DNA of 64,000 nucleotides from Planctomycetota bacterium (lineage in GTDB: Bacteria; Planctomycetota; SZUA-567; H5-PLA8), in the NCBI GenBank assembly GCA_038227875.1, contig JBBRPR010000024.1, forward strand, positions 32,001 to 96,000. The letters are read 5' to 3'. Below the pieces are notes generated by a model. It made no database searches, was not told where the DNA came from, and saw only the letters and a program-made list of their open reading frames with translations. Positions 29,653 through 39,774 of this stretch are shown here, in pieces. Positions within the stretch are counted from its first letter, which is position 1; every line of letters begins with the position of its first letter. A program made the position numbers and the translations under genes.

Positions 29653-30778
29653 CTACGGCGTACCGCCCGCAGGCATTACCACCCGAAAACCGACGTAGCT
29701 GCCGCGGGCAAGGGGAAAAAAGAGCCACTCGCGGCCAGCCGACCGACAGTCCACGGAGGGATTGCCGCTCCACCCACCGCCACGCAACAAACGTCCGGTA
29801 CCTTGATCCGGACCTTGCGGATTCTCTACCGGAGATTTGGAGTAATAGTCTTCACCGTACCAGTCCTGACACCATTGCCACACATTGCCATGCATATCGT
29901 AAAGCCCAAAGGCATTCGCTTCCTTCTGGCCAACAGGATGCGTTGTATTTGTACTGTTCACGCCATACCAGGCCACGCGTCCGAGATCGGCTTCAGCATC
30001 GCCGGAATAGTATGTCGTCGTCGTTCCGGCCCGGCAGGAATATTCCCATTCCGCTTCGGTGGGCAGGCGAACCGACTGCCTTGTCCGCTCTGTTAACGTC
30101 TTGCAGAATTCCTGCGCATCGTCCGATGAAACCGTCTCAACCGGGTTGTCCTTACCCTTGAACTTGCTGGGATTCGTCCCGATCAATTGCTGATATTGCT
30201 CCTGCGTCACATCGTATTTCCCCATGTAAAACGGCTGAGCCAGCGACACCGGGTGCGCCGGCTTCTCGTTCTTGAATGCACATTTGAAACGCGCTTCCGC
30301 AGCCGCATATTCTAACCGCGCCACCCGTAGCCCATCCATCGATCGCCGCCAATGCAACCCGCTCAGCACACCCGCCCGTCGCGAGCGTAACCAACAGCAG
30401 CAGCCCCAGCGATACCTGCGGTCGGCGGCGCCCGCGGATCCCTTGCACAAGCACGAACCCCAGCAAAATCCCCAACGCACCCCCGCTCGCCGCCAGACAC
30501 GCTATCCCCGTGACGATCTTCCGATTGAATCCGGCCTCATCCACCGGCGTGGGCGAAGGCGTCCCCATCACAAATTTTCCAGCGGGGATCAGCACGAGTT
30601 CCAGCTTGACGTTGTCGCCCAACTCGAGCGTCTTCATGGCCGGAAGGTTGGCGCGCTTGGCGTAATCGGCGACCGACTCCACGCCATCCCAAAGCGGCCA
30701 AAGCGGATAGTCGCGCGCGGATTCAGCCGCCGCCAGCGAGCTCGCGAGCAGAAGGAGAAGTAACATCAACAGACGCAT
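29653..30778 (-). pseudogene. FGE/SUMF1-like (CLec fold) protein with inserted TM hairpin, frameshifted near 30370-30377
   Basis: Signal peptide and LVLIPAGKFVMG in ORF 30152-30880. EKPAH.V, RLPTEAEWEYSCRAG, NAFGLYDMHGNVWQWC, RGGGW and GFRVV in ORF 29653-30480. Confidence 0.85.
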
Positions 30779-30887
30779 GCGTGAAGCGTAGTAAATTGGC
30801 CGCGCGCATGCCATGTAGTTGTCCCGATCTCCACCGCGTGCTACCCCATAAAGAATTCGTGCCACGCGCCCATCCAGCACAAAAGCT

Positions 30888-30997
30888 GCTCATTCACGCT
30901 CATTCGTGCTCGTTTACGCTCATTCCTGCTCAAACACGCTCATTTAAGCTCATTTGCTATCATTCGCTCTCATTTCAGCTCAAATGTGCTCATTCAC
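30888..30997. repeat. strict 10-bp-period tandem repeat, 11 units (consensus GCTCATTYNN)
   Basis: GCTCATTCAC GCTCATTCGT GCTCGTTTAC GCTCATTCCT GCTCAAACAC GCTCATTTAA ...; register kept without indels. Confidence 0.85.
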
Positions 30998-31693
30998 CAG
31001 ATTTCCCTTGATTTTCGGGGTCGAGAGTTGCTTATTATATATGGACATTCTTCATTGCCGCAACGCACGCCACCCCCATGGGAAATCGAAAATTGAAAAT
31101 CAAAAATCGAAAATGGAAATAGACCTGCACCATGAAAACCCCGCCACACTCACTTCTACAACTCCTTAACCGTCGAAATATAGTTAAGATTTATACATGA
31201 ATTTTAAAGATTTTACTTGACTTTTGCGTTTCTCGACCGCATGGATATTATAGGAAATCCACGTATTGCACCGCGCTGGGTCGCCAGATGCGTCTTCACC
31301 GTGCAAAATCTAACCGGACCGCGACCGTACGCTGCTTTCAGGACTGCCCATAAATCGCGCCCCAGAAGCCTGTGCGAGCCTCCGCAACCCATACCTGATG
31401 AAATGCCCAGATGATTGCCAGACCGTTTCACAGGCGCCTGGAACGTAAAAGAAAGGACACGCCAATCACCACGAAGTCCGCATACCCACCCACTATAAGG
31501 AGACCCCAATACAGCGCCCAGCGCCCACCATTCTAATCCGCAATCCGCAATGACGTTCCCCCACCTCGGGCACCTGCGCCAGAGACCCCATACCCTGTAA
31601 CATTTTGTAACATTCGGTCACATCCACCTTGTGCACGACCCGGAATTTGACCCATGAATCCCGTACAATGCCCCATGACCAATGACTCTGTTC

Positions 31694-31721
31694 TTGACGC
31701 ACCCCGCACACTCTTTATAAC
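31694..31721 (+). promoter_or_regulatory. putative sigma70 promoter for tig-clpP-clpX
   Basis: TTGACG-N16-TATAAC. Confidence 0.5.
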
Positions 31722-31851
31722 CACTTCGGACGTAAGATGCCCCGTGGTTTGCGGGGCTTCGTTTTTCTAGTGGATGGTCATACAGCCGCGCGGCGTTGGC
31801 CGCATCCTGGCTCACGATCCCATTTACGCTTTCAGAGAAGGAACACGACTG

Positions 31852-33312
31852 GTGAGTAAACTGATGCCGGACACCGACCGGGCCGACGAGCCCATCGCAG
31901 TAAACACCAACGTCAAGGACTCGGGCACCTGGGCCAAGTCGCTGGGCGTCACCATCACCAAGGACCTCGTGGACAAGGAGTTCGGCGCCGTCGCCGGTGA
32001 GCTCGCCGGCGCCGTCAACCTGCCCGGCTTCCGCCCCGGCAAGGTCCCCCGCAACGTGATCGAAAAGAAGTACGGGGACGACATCAAGAAACAGGTCACC
32101 TCCAACCTGATCACCCGCGGCCTCCGCTCCGCCATCGAGAAGGAAAAGCTCGACGTCGTCGGCGAACCCCGCATCGATGTCGAGAAGTACAAGGCCACCC
32201 GCGGCGAAGACCTCGTCTTCGATATCGAAGTCGAAATCAAGCCGACCTTCGAACTGGGTGCCTACAAGGGCATCTCCATCGAACAGGAAGAGATTGAACT
32301 CCTCCCCGACGAAATCGACAAGGCTCTCGACCGCGTCCGCGACCGCTTCGCCGAACAAGTCGACGCCCCGGCCGACCACGTCGTCAAGGAAGGCGACACC
32401 GCTCACGGCGTCCTGCGCGTCCTCGTCGACGGCGCGGAAGTCCACAAGGAAGAAGACGCCGCCCTGCTGATCATGAACGGCCACGTCCTGGGCGCCTACG
32501 CGCACCTCGGCTCGCCCTTCCTCGAAGGCATGAAGTTCGGCGAAAAGCGCACGGTCGAAGAGACCCTCGCCGGCAACTTCCCGGTCGAAGCGCACCGCAA
32601 CAAGAAAGCCACGCTGGAATTCGAAGCGAAATCCGCCAAGTCGCGCGTCCTTCCTCCAGTGGACGACAAGCTGGCCGAAAAGGTCGGCATGAAGAACATC
32701 GATGAGCTGAAAGAGAAGATCCGCTCCTCGCTGCTCGAGCAGGTCCGCACGGAAATCGAGAAGCACACCCGCGAGACGCTGATGGACAAGATCGTCGCGG
32801 CGACGCCCTTCGAACTGCCCGTGCGCCTGGCCGAACTGATGACCGCCCGCATGACCGAAGGCAAGCTCCAGGAACTGGCCCGCATGGGCATGACGCCGGA
32901 GATGCTGGGCAACAACGTCCAGGAACTGATGGGCGGAGCCAAAGAGTCGTCGATGCAGGAAATGCGCCGCTACTTCATCCTCGACTCCATCGCCGCCAAG
33001 GAGAACATCGGCGTCGATGAAGACGACGTCGACCAGGAAATCGTCAAGGAAGCCCGCCAGCGCGGCATGAAGGCTTCGGAGCTCTACGACAAGCTGGTGG
33101 AATCCGAACAGCTCCGCGATCTGGAACACCAGATCAAGACCCGAAAGGTGTTGGATTATCTGGTTGAGAACGCGGATATTAAGATCGTGCCGCGCAAGCC
33201 GGTGGAAGAGGCCAAGCACGACCACTCCGCGCACGCGCCCAAGGCAGAGGCAGGCCACGACCACGGGCATGAACATGGCCACGAACACGGTCATGAGCAC
33301 GGCCATCAGTAA
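31852..33312 (+). CDS. tig: trigger factor with His-rich C-terminal tail
   Basis: LPGFRPGKVP ribosome-binding motif, FKBP-like middle region, position before clpP-clpX; AAGGA RBS before GTG 31852. Confidence 0.95.
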   Translation: MSKLMPDTDRADEPIAVNTNVKDSGTWAKSLGVTITKDLVDKEFGAVAGELAGAVNLPGFRPGKVPRNVIEKKYGDDIKKQVTSNLITRGLRSAIEKEKLDVVGEPRIDVEKYKATRGEDLVFDIEVEIKPTFELGAYKGISIEQEEIELLPDEIDKALDRVRDRFAEQVDAPADHVVKEGDTAHGVLRVLVDGAEVHKEEDAALLIMNGHVLGAYAHLGSPFLEGMKFGEKRTVEETLAGNFPVEAHRNKKATLEFEAKSAKSRVLPPVDDKLAEKVGMKNIDELKEKIRSSLLEQVRTEIEKHTRETLMDKIVAATPFELPVRLAELMTARMTEGKLQELARMGMTPEMLGNNVQELMGGAKESSMQEMRRYFILDSIAAKENIGVDEDDVDQEIVKEARQRGMKASELYDKLVESEQLRDLEHQIKTRKVLDYLVENADIKIVPRKPVEEAKHDHSAHAPKAEAGHDHGHEHGHEHGHEHGHQ

Positions 33313-33336
33313 TCCGGCAACCCACAACCGAGGACG

Positions 33337-34023
33337 ATGGACATGGAACTCAACGATCTCATTCAACGCGCGGAAGACCAGGCGGGGAACATCACCGGCA
33401 TCCATCCCAGCCTGACACCCCGCATCCCGACTCAAAACACGATCATTCCGTCGGTCGTGGAACGGACCGGCCGCGGCGAAAAAAGCTGGGACATCTACAG
33501 CCGTCTGCTCAACGACCGCATCATTTTCCTGGGCAGCGCCATTGACGATTTCACCGCCGCGACCATCGTCGCCCAGATGCTCTTCCTGCAGCTGGTCAAC
33601 AAGGAAGCGGACATCGAAATGTACATCATGTCGCCGGGAGGCTCGGTCAACGCCGGCTTCGCGATCTACGACACGATGCAGCACGTCAGTAACGACGTGG
33701 CGACTTACTGCATCGGGCAGGCGGCGAGCATGGGTGCGTTCCTGCTCACAGCCGGCTCGAAGGGCAAGCGCTACGCGCTCAGCAACTCGCGCATCATGAT
33801 CCATCAGCCCTGGGGCGGCGCGCAGGGCACGGCGGCGGACATCGTCATCCAGGCCGAGGAAATCCTGCGGCTGAAGAAGACGCTCAACGTCCTCTACGCC
33901 AAGCACACCGGCCAGACCGAAGAACGCATCGCCAAGGACAGCGACCGCGACTTCTTCATGTCCGCCGATCAGGCCAAGGCCTACGGCATCATCGACGACA
34001 TCCTGGGACCGCACGGCGAGTAA
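33337..34023 (+). CDS. clpP: ATP-dependent Clp protease proteolytic subunit
   Basis: [43 protein letters not shown]. Confidence 0.98.
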   Translation: MDMELNDLIQRAEDQAGNITGIHPSLTPRIPTQNTIIPSVVERTGRGEKSWDIYSRLLNDRIIFLGSAIDDFTAATIVAQMLFLQLVNKEADIEMYIMSPGGSVNAGFAIYDTMQHVSNDVATYCIGQAASMGAFLLTAGSKGKRYALSNSRIMIHQPWGGAQGTAADIVIQAEEILRLKKTLNVLYAKHTGQTEERIAKDSDRDFFMSADQAKAYGIIDDILGPHGE

Positions 34024-34036
34024 TCAAAAGCACTCT

Positions 34037-34068
34037 CGCTCCCGGGCCAGCCATCAGGCCCGGGAGCA
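34037..34068. terminator. intergenic hairpin between clpP and clpX
   Basis: GCTCCCGGGCC-N-GGCCCGGGAGC stem with no U-tract. Confidence 0.4.
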
Positions 34069-34128
34069 CCTAAAAATAGCGACACCTGTGAATGTAGTTT
34101 GAGTTGGGTACTGGCAGAGGCATTAATC

Positions 34129-35448
34129 ATGGCGCGGCGAACGAGTGGCGCGGGTTCCTCGGGTGGAATGAGCAGGGTGCCCGAGCTGTGCAGTTTCTGC
34201 AACCGCTCCGCCGACCAGGTGGAACGGCTAATCCAGGGCCCGCCCGAAATCTACATCTGCAACGAATGCGTTGAACTCTGCAACTCCATCCTGCAGCGCG
34301 ATGCCCCCGAACGCGGTCGCAACCCGCTCAAACTCAAGCGCGTCCCGACCCCGCAGGAACTCAAAGCGGACCTGGACCTCCACGTCATCGGCCAGGAACG
34401 CAGCAAGAAGATCCTCTCCGTCGCCGTCCACAATCACTACCAGCGCATTTTAAGCCGCGAGAAGAACCGCGGCGACGACGTCGAGCTCGAAAAGAGCAAC
34501 GTCCTCATGATCGGACCGACCGGCTGCGGCAAAACGCTGATGGCCCGCACGCTCGCGCGCACGCTGCAGGTGCCCTTCGCCATCGGCGACGCCACGACTC
34601 TGACGGAAGCCGGCTACGTCGGCGAAGACGTCGAAAACATTCTCCTCCGCCTGCTCCAGGCCGCCGACCACGATCTCGACGCCGCCGAACGCGGCATCAT
34701 CTACATCGATGAAATCGACAAGATCGGCCGCAAGAGCGAGAATCCGTCGATCACCCGCGACGTCTCCGGCGAAGGCGTGCAGCAGGCGCTGCTTAAGATT
34801 CTCGAAGGCACCACCGCCAACATCCCCCCGCAGGGCGGCCGCAAGCATCCCGAACAGAAATACATTCAGATGGACACCAGCAACATCCTGTTCATCGCCG
34901 GCGGCACGTTCGAAGGGATCGAAGAACACATCGCCAGCCGCATTGGCAAGAAGCGCCTTGGTTTCGGCGGCGAAGGCCGCGACGAGAACTACATGAAGGA
35001 TCGCGCCAAGCTCCTGAAGTTCGTCGAGACCGACGACATCCTGAAGTTCGGCATGATTCCCGAACTGATCGGCCGCTTCCCCATCTGCGCGCCGCTGGAG
35101 CCGCTCGACGAAGCCGCGTACATCAACATCCTGACGCAGCCCAAGAACGCGCTGACCAAGCAGTACAAGAAGTTCCTCGAGCTGGCCGGCGCGCGCCTGG
35201 AATTCGAACCCGATGCGCTGAAAGCGATCGCCAAAAAAGCCGCCTCCAAAGGCACCGGCGCCCGCGGCCTGCGCAGCGTGATCGAAGAAGTGATGCTGGA
35301 GATCATGTACGAAATCCCGTCGCGCAAGGACATCACCGAAGTGGTGATCACGCGCGAGATGGTAGAGAAGGGCGCGCGAGCCTTCGAAAAAAGCACCCCC
35401 GACATGATCCCCGCCAGAACCGAAAACCCCAAACGCGAAAGCGCGTGA
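34129..35448 (+). CDS. clpX: ATP-dependent Clp protease ATP-binding subunit
   Basis: [13 protein letters not shown] Zn finger, [33 protein letters not shown] loop, TGARGLR. Confidence 0.99.
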   Translation: MARRTSGAGSSGGMSRVPELCSFCNRSADQVERLIQGPPEIYICNECVELCNSILQRDAPERGRNPLKLKRVPTPQELKADLDLHVIGQERSKKILSVAVHNHYQRILSREKNRGDDVELEKSNVLMIGPTGCGKTLMARTLARTLQVPFAIGDATTLTEAGYVGEDVENILLRLLQAADHDLDAAERGIIYIDEIDKIGRKSENPSITRDVSGEGVQQALLKILEGTTANIPPQGGRKHPEQKYIQMDTSNILFIAGGTFEGIEEHIASRIGKKRLGFGGEGRDENYMKDRAKLLKFVETDDILKFGMIPELIGRFPICAPLEPLDEAAYINILTQPKNALTKQYKKFLELAGARLEFEPDALKAIAKKAASKGTGARGLRSVIEEVMLEIMYEIPSRKDITEVVITREMVEKGARAFEKSTPDMIPARTENPKRESA

Positions 35449-35546
35449 GCCCTTTGTAGTCCGGGCGGCTCGCCCGGAAATTTTAAACAGAACTCAATAC
35501 GAACACGATATTTCGCAGCGACAAATCTATCGCGACAGCAAGAACC

Positions 35547-36497
35547 CTACTGCTGCTTCTTCGGATCCAACGCATCCCGCAATCCATCACCGAGGAGATT
35601 GAACGCTAGCACGGTCAGCACGATCGCCAGCCCCGGAAAGACAGCCAGCCACCACGCCTCACGGTAATTCTCTCGCGCTTCCGCCAGCATCGCGCCCCAA
35701 CTCGGATAAGGCTCCTGAACTCCCAGCCCGAGGAACGACAGCCCCGCTTCGCCAAGAATATTTCCGCCCACAGACAGAGTCGCGACAATAATCACAGGAC
35801 CCAGGCAATTCGGAAGGATATGACGAAACAGGATGCGCACCGTTCCCGTGCCCAGCGCCCGTGCCGCTGAGATGTAATCGCGCGTTTTCAGCGATAAGAC
35901 CTGCGACCGCACGACGCGCGCCATGCCGGTCCAACCCACCAAACCCAACGCGAGGAACACCACCCAAAGACTCGGCTTGTCGAAAATCGCCGTGATCGCC
36001 ACCGCCAGTAGCACGCTCGGAAACGCAAATACCGTATCGGTGAAACGCATGCAGACGGAATCGATCCATCCGCCGTAGAAACCGCTGACCAACCCCATGC
36101 CCACGCCGACAAGGAGTCCAATGAACGTGGCCGAGATACCCACGGCCAGACTAACGCGCGTTCCATATATAATTCTGGAGAGCGTGTCGCGGGCGTTGGA
36201 GTCTGTTCCCAGGGGGAAAAATTGCAACCCGGCTTGCGACTCATTCTCGGGGTATTCAATGGTCATCCGCGTCCACGGCGGCTGATTTTCCGCGCCGCGA
36301 AATTGCTCGTCGTAGCCGTGCGGCGCCAGCCACGGCCCAAAGGCCACAACCAACATCAGGAAAGCAATGAAAATCACCGCGACCAATGCAGCTCGATTGG
36401 CGGCCACCCGGCCCAGCAATGCCCACCAAGGACCCGCGGCGGTGCGGGGTTGGAGCGCATTTTCGGCGGTGGCAAGTACATCGGCAGTGTTACTCAT
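35547..36497 (-). CDS. peptide ABC transporter permease (OppC/DppC family)
   Basis: PLGTDSNARD, YGTRVSL, AARALG....ILFRHILPN, EAGLSFLGLG, NLLGDGLRDALDP. Confidence 0.95.
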   Translation of the reverse strand: MSNTADVLATAENALQPRTAAGPWWALLGRVAANRAALVAVIFIAFLMLVVAFGPWLAPHGYDEQFRGAENQPPWTRMTIEYPENESQAGLQFFPLGTDSNARDTLSRIIYGTRVSLAVGISATFIGLLVGVGMGLVSGFYGGWIDSVCMRFTDTVFAFPSVLLAVAITAIFDKPSLWVVFLALGLVGWTGMARVVRSQVLSLKTRDYISAARALGTGTVRILFRHILPNCLGPVIIVATLSVGGNILGEAGLSFLGLGVQEPYPSWGAMLAEARENYREAWWLAVFPGLAIVLTVLAFNLLGDGLRDALDPKKQQ

Positions 36498-37401
36498 TGT
36501 GCCGGATCCGAGGGTCGAGAACGCCGTAGAACAAATCGACGACGAGATTGGCGGTGACGAAGATCACGGCGAAGAACAGGCAGCCGCCAATGATTACGGG
36601 ATGGTCACGTTCGCTGATGGCCTGAAACACCACTCGCCCAAGACCCGGAATGGAGCAGGCAGTTTCAGTCAGCACCGCGCCCCCCAGCAGCGCGGCCAGA
36701 TCGGTTCCGATGACCGTGGTGATCGGCACCAGCACATTGGGGAACGCATGGGTCAGCATCGTGCGCAGTGGTCCCCGGCCCTTCGCTCGCGCGGTGCGCA
36801 CGTAGCCTTCGGACATTTCGGCCAGCATGCAGTTGCGCGTGAGGCGCGCGAGCATCGCGGTGTTCAACAGGCCCAGCGTGGCAATGGGAATGATCAGGTA
36901 TTTCCAGTCGGCATCGGGCCGCGGAATCGGCAGCCAGTTCAGGTGGACCGCGAAGATCAGGGTCAGGATCATGGCCAGAAAAAATGCGGGGACCGATACG
37001 CCGAAGCTGGAAATTGCCGCAGACGAATAGTCAATCATCGTGCGGGGGCGGTAGGCGGAAAGGAGTCCTGAAAACAAGCCGAGACACACGGCGATGCACA
37101 TGGCCGATACGGCCACGCGCGCGGTGACTGCCGCGCCTTCCATGATCATGGAAAAGACAGGGCGGTGATGACGGTAGCTGTCACCGAGGTCGCCGCGAAA
37201 ATAGCGGCCCAGCTGCTCGTACCAGGGCCTGTTGAGCCCCAGGCTTTCGCGGATTTTCGCGCGCTCCGCGGCCGTGGCGCGTGGACTGGCGATGATGTTC
37301 GTCGGATCGCCCGACAATTTCAGCAGCGCGAAACAGATGAGAATGATGCCGATGAACACCGGAATCGATTGCAACAGCCGCCGCAGAAGAAATGTCGCCA
37401 T
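36490..37401 (-). CDS. peptide ABC transporter permease (OppB/DppB family)
   Basis: FLLRRLL, GDLGDS, YVRTARAKG, GAVLTE...PGLG, DLFYGVLDPRIR. Confidence 0.95.
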   Translation of the reverse strand: MATFLLRRLLQSIPVFIGIILICFALLKLSGDPTNIIASPRATAAERAKIRESLGLNRPWYEQLGRYFRGDLGDSYRHHRPVFSMIMEGAAVTARVAVSAMCIAVCLGLFSGLLSAYRPRTMIDYSSAAISSFGVSVPAFFLAMILTLIFAVHLNWLPIPRPDADWKYLIIPIATLGLLNTAMLARLTRNCMLAEMSEGYVRTARAKGRGPLRTMLTHAFPNVLVPITTVIGTDLAALLGGAVLTETACSIPGLGRVVFQAISERDHPVIIGGCLFFAVIFVTANLVVDLFYGVLDPRIRHNE

Positions 37402-37423
37402 GGATCTGTCGCCTGAGCAGCCC

Positions 37424-39040
37424 CTACTTTTCCAGATCGACCGTCGAGAACTCGATCTGGTTCAGGTAGTGACCGACATCGAGCGGACAGAGTTTTCCCT
37501 TCACGTTTTTGACGTAGGGCTGGAGCAGGATCACATTGATGCGATTGTCCATGAGAGCCCACGGCAGTTCGCCGAGAATGATTTTTTCGGCCTTCTGGTA
37601 GAGCTCTATGCGCTTGGCCTGATCCATCGTCTTGCGCGCATTGTCAAGGAGCGTGTCGACTTCCGGGTTCTTATAGCGCGTCTCGTTACCAGCTTCGCCC
37701 CACTGGCGGGAATGGAAAAGATAGTACAGGAAGTTGTCAGGATCGTTGTAGTCCGCAACCCACCCCAGGTAGAACATGTCCGGCGGTTCCTTGCCAACGC
37801 GTTCCAGAAACGCGCCCCAGTCGAGCGCCTGAAGATCGACCTTCAACCCAATGGCCTGCAGATCGTGGTGAATCGATACGACGATCTTCTTGATGTCGGG
37901 ATCGTTCTTGTAGAGAAACGTCAGCGGCCGCAGACCTTCGCCCTTCGGATACCCAGCCTCCGCCAGCAACGTGCGCGCTTTGGCCGGATCGTATTTCGAA
38001 GCGATGAGGTCGTTGCTGTGTGCCATCATGCCTTCAGGCAGAATGCTGTTGGCGGGTTTGCCGCGGCCTTCGAGAATGACTTCGCAGATGTATTTGCGGT
38101 TCACGGCCAGATTGATGGCCTCGCGCAGTTTCGGGTTGGTACCGACCGGATCGGCGGGAATCGATTTTCCGTCCGCGATTGTGTTCATCGCCATGCCGAG
38201 GTAATTGGTGCGGAAGGTCGAGTTCTCCGAAATCCATTCCGGATGGCCTTCTCGCATTTTCTTCACGCTACCCAGCGGAATGTCGCAGACTTCGAATTCG
38301 CCCTGCTGAAACAAGTCGAGGCGGGCCTGCGGCGCGGGAATCACTTCAAACGTTACGCCGTCAAGCTTCGGCGCTCCAAGGAAGTAGTCGGCGTTCCGTT
38401 CGAGCACAATTTTGGCGTTCTCTTTCCATTCCACCAGTTTGAACGGTCCCGTGCCGCACGGTTTTCGGGAGAACGCGCCAGCGGCTTTGTCCACTTCCTC
38501 TTTCGGAATGATCGAGGCGTTCACCATGCCGATTTCGAGCAAGAAAGTCGGCGACGGTCCGGTCAGCGTGATTTTGACGGTGTAGTCGTCGACGATTGCG
38601 ATTCCCGGCACGTCCTTGGCCTTGCCGTCGATCTTGTCTTTCGCGCCAACGACCGGTTCCAGAATCTGCGTGCGCTGCGAGACATTCGGATCGAGCAGAC
38701 GTTCCCACGAGTATTTCACATCGGCGGCTTTGACTTCGCGGCCGTTGTGGAACTTCACCCCTTTGCGCAATTTGAACGTATAGCTGTTGTCCGCCGTGTT
38801 CCATTCCGGGACGGCTTCGGCCAGATCTGGCGCCGGCTTCATTTCTGCATTAAAGCGGACCAGACCATTGAAGATCTTTCGGGCGACGCCATCGGAAGTC
38901 ACATCTTGAATTTGTACCGGGTCGAGGGAAGGAGGATTCTCGGAGAGCGGAATGCGGAAGATCTTCTTGCCTTCGGCGGCCCGGGTAACGGAGCTCACCG
39001 CGAGGACAACCACCAGTGCCGCGAAAATGCGTCGTGTCAT
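37424..39040 (-). CDS. peptide ABC transporter substrate-binding protein (family 5)
   Basis: Signal peptide; SLDP, PDLAE, YTFKLRKGVKFHNG, GTGPFKL, YDPAKARTLLAEAG, GWVADYNDPDNFL. Confidence 0.95.
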   Translation of the reverse strand: MTRRIFAALVVVLAVSSVTRAAEGKKIFRIPLSENPPSLDPVQIQDVTSDGVARKIFNGLVRFNAEMKPAPDLAEAVPEWNTADNSYTFKLRKGVKFHNGREVKAADVKYSWERLLDPNVSQRTQILEPVVGAKDKIDGKAKDVPGIAIVDDYTVKITLTGPSPTFLLEIGMVNASIIPKEEVDKAAGAFSRKPCGTGPFKLVEWKENAKIVLERNADYFLGAPKLDGVTFEVIPAPQARLDLFQQGEFEVCDIPLGSVKKMREGHPEWISENSTFRTNYLGMAMNTIADGKSIPADPVGTNPKLREAINLAVNRKYICEVILEGRGKPANSILPEGMMAHSNDLIASKYDPAKARTLLAEAGYPKGEGLRPLTFLYKNDPDIKKIVVSIHHDLQAIGLKVDLQALDWGAFLERVGKEPPDMFYLGWVADYNDPDNFLYYLFHSRQWGEAGNETRYKNPEVDTLLDNARKTMDQAKRIELYQKAEKIILGELPWALMDNRINVILLQPYVKNVKGKLCPLDVGHYLNQIEFSTVDLEK

Positions 39041-39163
39041 TGAAAGTCCTTCTCCTGTGAAATGGACGATGTATCCGAGAGAAGATTCAATTCTTTTGGA
39101 TCTGCGGTGGGCAGTATAACCACCGGTTTGCAGTTTGCTTCGCCAGAACGGGAACGAACAGCC

Positions 39164-39398
39164 GAACGGATGGCATCGGAGACCGGGGACCGGGCATCAG
39201 GCATCGGTCTGCGGGTAAGTGCGAAGAAGGGTCGTGAACGTTTCGCAATGGTTGTAGTTCTTTGACAACTCATATAGAAGGTGGTCGGCGGGGTAAGGGG
39301 GGCTGGGCCGTGCGCCTGCACCCATTGACCGATGCCCGGTGCCCGATCCCCGATGCCATTTGTTCGGCCGTTCGCCCGATCCCCGGTGCCATCCGTTC
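39164..39398. repeat. inverted GGCATCG/CGATGCC heptamer arrays
   Basis: GAACGGATGGCATCGG..GGGCATCAGGCATCGGTC versus GACCGATGCCCGGTGCCCGATCCCCGATGCC..TGCCATCCGTTC. Confidence 0.7.
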
Positions 39399-39558
39399 GT
39401 TCGCCTCGGGCGAATAAAACTTGACGACGCCCCATCCCTCTATAAGCTTTACGTCCCTCATGGATTGGCGGCCGTTTGGCCGCCGCTTTTGTTGGAAGTC
39501 TGTTCGTCTTCCGGCCTTGCGCCGGACGTACGGGTGTAAAGAAAAGGTAGAGAACGTC

Positions 39559-39774
39559 ATGGCAAATCCGAAACGAAGGCATTCAGTCTCCCGCAAGCGC
39601 ATGCGCCGCGCGCATGATGCGCTGGTTTCCCCGCGTCTGGGCGTCTGTTCCAAGTGTGGCCAGCAGAACCGTTCGCACCAGATCTGCGGCTACTGCGGCT
39701 ACTACCGTGGCGTGGAAGTGATCAAGGTCGATGCCGGCGAACCGGAAGCTCCGGCCGCTGACAAGAAGGCTTAG
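39559..39774 (+). CDS. rpmF: 50S ribosomal protein bL32 (Zn-binding)
   Basis: MANPKRRHSVSRKRMRRAH, CSKC, HQICGYCGYYRG. Confidence 0.97.
   Translation: MANPKRRHSVSRKRMRRAHDALVSPRLGVCSKCGQQNRSHQICGYCGYYRGVEVIKVDAGEPEAPAADKKA

Noticed and set aside
30888..30997. Possible CRISPR array
   Set aside because: The period is 10 bp with no unique spacers, and no cas genes are present.
29400..31850. Complete DGR locus
   Set aside because: No reverse transcriptase, no Avd and no AAC-rich template repeat seen in the flanks or other intergenic regions.
31200..31850. tRNA-Leu often found upstream of tig, and small ORFs 31217-31414 and 31213-31509
   Set aside because: No cloverleaf or T-loop (GTTCRA) pattern. 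The ORFs lack an RBS, codon bias and recognisable motifs.
31618..34014. 798-aa minus-strand ORF and other long antisense ORFs (e.g. 37232-39043, 4293-5735, 20032-21477, 23651-25195)
   Set aside because: They are shadows of well-supported genes on the opposite strand. High GC3 suppresses antisense stop codons, and they show no motifs.
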